DNA of 64,000 bases from Candidatus Fermentibacterota bacterium. GTDB lineage: Bacteria; Fermentibacterota; Fermentibacteria; Fermentibacterales; JCC-6. The stretch lies in NCBI GenBank assembly GCA_963845085.1, contig CAWJQI010000004.1:736001-800000 (forward strand). The letters run 5' to 3'. Below, piece by piece: positions 59,963 through 64,000 of this stretch. Positions within the stretch are counted from its first letter, which is position 1. Each line of letters begins with the position of its first letter. The notes beneath the pieces were generated by a model. The model saw only the letters and a list, made by a program, of their open reading frames with translations. It was not told the origin of the DNA and ran no database searches. Both the position numbers and the translations under genes were made by a program.

Positions 59963-61039
59963 TCAGAGGTATTCCCTTTCGCTCTCCACGCCGTCAAGCA
60001 CACGGAGAACGCCGCGCACAAGGGCTTCAAGTTCCGCCTCCCCGGGAAAGACCATCACCGGGGCGATGAAGGAAAGGTAGCCCTTGAGCGTTCCGCAAAG
60101 CCACTCGTTGTTGGCCATGCCGCCCGTGACAACCACTGCATCGACCTGACCAGACAGGGCGGCGGCCATCGAGCCGGCCTCCTTCGCCATCTGGTACGCC
60201 ATGGCCTTCAGGGTGGAGTCGGCCGCTTCATCGCCGGCAAGAACCCTTTCCCTGATGTTGGGAAGATGCTCCTCACCGAGGTAGGCGTACAGCCCTCCCT
60301 GCTTGAGGAACATGGTCTTCAGCTCCGATGCAGTGTATTTGCCGCTGTAGCAAAGCTTCAGGAGCCCGGTAAGGGGAAGGCCCCCTGTCCGGGTGCTGCT
60401 GAAGGGTCCGCCGTCGTTTGCGTTGTTCGTGTCGATCATGCGCCCCTTTTTCAAAGCGTTGACGCTCACGCCGCTTCCCAGGTGCATGACAACGAGGTTC
60501 AGTTCGGCAAGCGGCCTTTTCATCGCCTCGGCGGCCTTGTAGGCGACCATGCGGATGTTGAGGGCATGGCTGAGGCTTGCCCTTGGAAGCAGGGGATGCC
60601 CGCTTGGCCTTGCCTCGTCGATCATCTCGTCCACGCACACGGGGTCAACAAAGTAGGCGGGAATCCCGGCGGGATGGGCAAGCGCCCATGCTATCGGGGC
60701 GCCGAGGTTGGAGGGGTGGTCGGCCTGGAGGGTGGCTCCGTCACGGATGTCGGATAGAAGCTTGTCGGTGACGCGGTAGGTACCGCTGGAGAGCGGTTTG
60801 AACGCTCCGCCCCGACCGACGACAGCTGTCAGCCCTGAGACGGTGTATCCCTTGTTCTCCAGGGCGATCCTGACAAGTCCCTGTCTGTGTTCAAGTTGCC
60901 CGAAGGTCGACCCCATTGAGGAAAGCTCTTCCGGGTCGTGGTGGATGTTCTCCTCGAAGACGGGATCAGCCTCGCGGAACAGCCCCATTTTCGTTGAGGT
61001 CCCGCCGGGATTCACCGCAAGGATCAGCCTCTCACCCAC
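59963..61039 (-). CDS. buk: Butyrate kinase
   Basis: NPGGTSTK, GRGG, H.SNLG, SHALN, HLGSG, TGGMA. Confidence 0.92.
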   Translation of the reverse strand: MGERLILAVNPGGTSTKMGLFREADPVFEENIHHDPEELSSMGSTFGQLEHRQGLVRIALENKGYTVSGLTAVVGRGGAFKPLSSGTYRVTDKLLSDIRDGATLQADHPSNLGAPIAWALAHPAGIPAYFVDPVCVDEMIDEARPSGHPLLPRASLSHALNIRMVAYKAAEAMKRPLAELNLVVMHLGSGVSVNALKKGRMIDTNNANDGGPFSSTRTGGLPLTGLLKLCYSGKYTASELKTMFLKQGGLYAYLGEEHLPNIRERVLAGDEAADSTLKAMAYQMAKEAGSMAAALSGQVDAVVVTGGMANNEWLCGTLKGYLSFIAPVMVFPGEAELEALVRGVLRVLDGVESEREYL

Positions 61040-61961
61040 GATTTCCTCCCGAAACAACCACGCCGAGTGCAAGCGAGTTGAGTTTGGTCGAAGCTGAATC
61101 GGAACGGCTCAGCATGACAACCGGAGCGGCGGCCCCTGCGATCAGCCCGCCGACCTGTGCGTCAGTCATGTACATGAAGGCCTTCGCGAAAATGTTGCCG
61201 CTGGCGATGTCAGGCGTGACGAGGACGTTTGCCCTTCCCGCCACCTCGCCCTTCATCCCCTTTATGGCGGCCGCCTCCGGGTCCATCGCGCCGTCGACTG
61301 CCATGGGGCCGTCGACGAAAATTCCCGGAATGCCCTTCTCCGATATCTCCTTCCAAAGAATGGTCTCAGGCATCTTGTCGTTGGGGGCCTCGATTGCAGC
61401 CAGCAGGGCCGCCCTGGTCACGCCTGCCCCCAGCCTTCCCATGACGAATGCGGCGTTGCGGATTATCTCAACGGTCTGCCCGGCATCGGGACGGATGTTC
61501 ATCCCGCCGTCCGTGATCGCGACAAGCCTGTCCTGCCTTGGAACATGCACAACGGCAATATGGCTGAGGATGCCTCCGGTTCGCAGGCCGACACTGTCAT
61601 CCAGAACCGCCTTCAGAAAAAGGGACGTTTTCAGCATGCCCTTCATCAGAATGGTCGCGCTGCCTTCACTCACGAGCTGAACGGCCCTGAGTGCCGCAGC
61701 CCCTTCGTCCGCCTGGTCTTCCACCACGATACCGGGAGGAAGCGTCTGTCCTAGTTCCGCAAGGGTTCTGTCGACCTCCCTGGCGGGGGCAATGACTACC
61801 GCTTCGGCAAGACCCTCCTGTGCGGCTGTGATAAGCGCCTCCAGGGATGCCTGGTCGTATCCCATCGGCACCGCGACCCTTGCGCCGCTTTTTTCTCTGG
61901 CGGCCCTGCGGATTTCCTCAAAACTCCTGAACAAGAAACACCTCCCGGCGATGAAGTTCAC
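61032..61961 (-). CDS. ptb: Phosphate butyryltransferase
   Basis: LMKG...T, LSH, TDGGMN..P, DGP.A.D.A, P..MLSRSDS. Confidence 0.88.
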   Translation of the reverse strand: MNFIAGRCFLFRSFEEIRRAAREKSGARVAVPMGYDQASLEALITAAQEGLAEAVVIAPAREVDRTLAELGQTLPPGIVVEDQADEGAAALRAVQLVSEGSATILMKGMLKTSLFLKAVLDDSVGLRTGGILSHIAVVHVPRQDRLVAITDGGMNIRPDAGQTVEIIRNAAFVMGRLGAGVTRAALLAAIEAPNDKMPETILWKEISEKGIPGIFVDGPMAVDGAMDPEAAAIKGMKGEVAGRANVLVTPDIASGNIFAKAFMYMTDAQVGGLIAGAAAPVVMLSRSDSASTKLNSLALGVVVSGGNRG

Positions 61962-62030
61962 AGGGACAACGGATGTGGAAAGCTATTATGATTCCCGTCT
62001 TCAGTTTGTGCAAAGCCGAAGGGGGTTGTT

Positions 62031-62690
62031 TTGTCGCTTCTCCGCCTGTGGGAGGATTCGGACGCCGTGCTGTTTGACTTCGACGGCGTGCTGGCCGACA
62101 GTGAGCCTTTCTACAGGATGACATGGAACAGTGCGATCTTCCCGGCCGGACCCATTTCGGAACGGGAATACTTTTTTCGCTGGTCGTTCATGGGAGAAGG
62201 AGATGAACACCTTGCCGAGATGGGATTCGACCCCGGCGCCCGGCAGGTTTTACGGGAGCGCCAGAGGGGGCTTTACTCCGCGCTGTGCCACAGCGGCGCC
62301 ATACCCCTTTGTCAGGATGCACCGGCACTTCTGGAATGGGTCTCGGTCAGAAAGCCCTGCATCATAGCATCGAACACCGACTCGGACCTTGTATCGACGG
62401 TGCTGCGAACGGGAGGCAGCCTGGTGCCGAAGGTGGTGGGAGGCGAGGGGCTGAAACACAAGCCGCATCCCGATATATTCCAGAGGGCTGCCTCTGTTCT
62501 CGGTTTCAAACCCGAGCGGTGCCTCGTGGTCGAGGATGCATGGAAAGGGATCGAGGCTGCCCGGCGGGGCGGGTTCCCCGCAGTGCTGATCAGAACGCCC
62601 CGCAATATGGGTTTCCCGTCAGGCCCGGTTCCCGAATCGCAGGGCCTTGAGCATCTTTTCAAGAGCTGGAGGGGGGAGGAGGAGAGTTGA
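62031..62690 (+). CDS. HAD-superfamily phosphatase
   Basis: FDFDGVLADSE, KPHPDIF, VEDA..G. Confidence 0.88.
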   Translation: MSLLRLWEDSDAVLFDFDGVLADSEPFYRMTWNSAIFPAGPISEREYFFRWSFMGEGDEHLAEMGFDPGARQVLRERQRGLYSALCHSGAIPLCQDAPALLEWVSVRKPCIIASNTDSDLVSTVLRTGGSLVPKVVGGEGLKHKPHPDIFQRAASVLGFKPERCLVVEDAWKGIEAARRGGFPAVLIRTPRNMGFPSGPVPESQGLEHLFKSWRGEEES

Positions 62691-63262
62691 CCGGAGAACT
62701 TGTGATGATCGACCCCTTCTGGGTTCCGCTTGCAATGCTCCTGCTCGGTCTCGCGGCGGCTTTCTTCGGGCGCAGGCTCATCGGTCCGGTCCTGTCCATC
62801 GCAGGCCTCGCACTCGGCCTTCTCTACGGCGCCGGGATAGCAGGTGCCATTTCGGACAATCCGGGTTTCATCCGGCTGGGTCCCTGGCTCTTCGGCGTGC
62901 TGTTCGCAGTGCTGTCCGGGCTTTTTCTTCGACTCGCGGTCTTTCTGGCGGGAGCCCTTCTTGCCCTTTCAGCCGCATTCTGTTTCATCTCGCCACCCTC
63001 GCTCACTATCGCTCTTGTGGCAATGGTGCTGGGCGGTGGTCTTGCCTGTGCGTACAGGACCTTTGTGTTTGCTCTCTTCACCGCCGCCTTCGGTGCTCTC
63101 TGCGCTTCCGCCGGAGCGGTGAACCTCGCTGCCAACTTCTCCATCCCCATTGGCATAGCCGGCTACTACCTGATCCTCGCCGTTGTGTTCGCAGCAGGGC
63201 TTCTTGTCCAGTTGAGAACTGGCCGACGGGACAAGGCCGGGCCGAAACGTAAACGGAGGTAG
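62687..63262 (+). CDS. Membrane protein (DUF4203-like)
   Basis: ~6-7 Gly/Ala-rich TMs; FFGRRL; G...Q. Confidence 0.55.
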   Translation: MTGELVMIDPFWVPLAMLLLGLAAAFFGRRLIGPVLSIAGLALGLLYGAGIAGAISDNPGFIRLGPWLFGVLFAVLSGLFLRLAVFLAGALLALSAAFCFISPPSLTIALVAMVLGGGLACAYRTFVFALFTAAFGALCASAGAVNLAANFSIPIGIAGYYLILAVVFAAGLLVQLRTGRRDKAGPKRKRR

Positions 63263-63268
63263 CCTTAA

Positions 63269-63772
63269 ATGAATCAGCGGCTTCAGGATGCCCTGCTTGT
63301 GGCCTTGGTGCTTGTAGTTCTGAAAGGACTGTTCGAATTCACCCGTTTTCTCATGAAGCGCTTCACAGCGATGCTCGCTGCCAGGGGACACCCGCTGAAC
63401 CGTGATTCCGCCATACAGTGGGGGATCGGTGCACTTCTCTCGGGCCTCCTTCTGCTGCCCTTTTTCACTTCGATCCTGACCCTTTTCAACAACAGAATAC
63501 TCGTTGGCGGCATCGTCCTTCATCTGGTGCTCGTGGCCTTCTCCATCATTCTTTTCAGCTTTGCCGAAGACCTCATACGCCTTTACAATTCCTTCCCGCC
63601 CGGCGCATCGGGTCTGCAGAGCGTAGGAAGCCACATCAAACGAATGCTGCCCTTGATTGCAGCTTTCTGGGCTGTGGGATTCATCTGCCTGAGCCCCATT
63701 TTCTACACGGCGCTGACAGTGCTGATCTGCATCTTCTACATGGCGGTTCTGCACGGTCGCCAAAAGCCCTGA
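63269..63772 (+). CDS. Hypothetical membrane protein
   Basis: 4-5 hydrophobic segments; operon position. Confidence 0.55.
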   Translation: MNQRLQDALLVALVLVVLKGLFEFTRFLMKRFTAMLAARGHPLNRDSAIQWGIGALLSGLLLLPFFTSILTLFNNRILVGGIVLHLVLVAFSIILFSFAEDLIRLYNSFPPGASGLQSVGSHIKRMLPLIAAFWAVGFICLSPIFYTALTVLICIFYMAVLHGRQKP

Positions 63773-63776
63773 CAAC

Positions 63777-64000
63777 ATGAGTGACTGCGTATCCATACTT
63801 CATGTGATAACCAAGCTTGCCGTCGGCGGCGCCGGAATGAACACGCTCATCAGCAGCCGCGACATCAATGGGGATGGGTTCCTTTCAGAGATCGCCACAG
63901 GCCCTGAAAAGGCAAGGGAGGGCGATTACTTCGACCTCGCCGCGCGGTCTGGCATAAGGGTGACAATCGTCCCCCATCTTGTGAGACGGATCTCTCCCGT
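63777..64000 (+). CDS. Glycosyltransferase family 4, N-terminal part (runs off window)
   Basis: Manual translation MSDCVSILHVITKLAVGGAGMNTL; HVIT.L..GGA motif. Confidence 0.75.
   Translation, partial: MSDCVSILHVITKLAVGGAGMNTLISSRDINGDGFLSEIATGPEKAREGDYFDLAARSGIRVTIVPHLVRRISP

Noticed and set aside
49086..60757. Long antisense ORFs (e.g. 49086-50150, 56554-57636, 59315-60757, also 40068-41099)
   Set aside because: Shadows of well-supported genes on the opposite strand in GC-rich DNA; no motifs

Overview
64-kb bacterial window, probably from an anaerobic, amino-acid-fermenting FCB-group organism. This is inferred from many secreted proteins with T9SS/FlgD-like C-terminal domains; Fermentibacterota-like is a guess. 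Layout: (1) 0-8.4 kb: phosphatase, methyltransferase, a two-component + Trk K+ uptake operon and toxin-antitoxin genes. (2) 8.5-26.3 kb: three cargo blocks of secreted/outer-membrane genes, each bounded by a ~54-bp direct repeat made of the tRNA-Asp 3' end plus its terminator, with no integrase in the window. (3) 26.5-27.7 kb: two tandem secreted paralogs, each with an in-frame UGA at codon 37 in a C-x-x-U motif and an identical SECIS-like hairpin 11 nt downstream. This is a probable unannotated secreted selenoprotein family that the ORF track splits. (4) 27.9-37.2 kb: a Cys-repeat NapH-like Fe-S membrane protein, an NSS transporter with YHS-like inserts, and an operon of four exported ferredoxin-like proteins plus a beta-barrel and a DsbD_2-like protein. 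(5) tRNA-Ser followed by a tandem duplication of a PQQ-propeller gene. (6) 43-64 kb housekeeping: methylmalonyl-CoA mutase/epimerase/Na+-decarboxylase, prs, c-di-GMP signalling, iorAB, buk, ptb. Several single-base frameshifts suggest long-read consensus errors. All calls come from motif recognition; no database searches were run.
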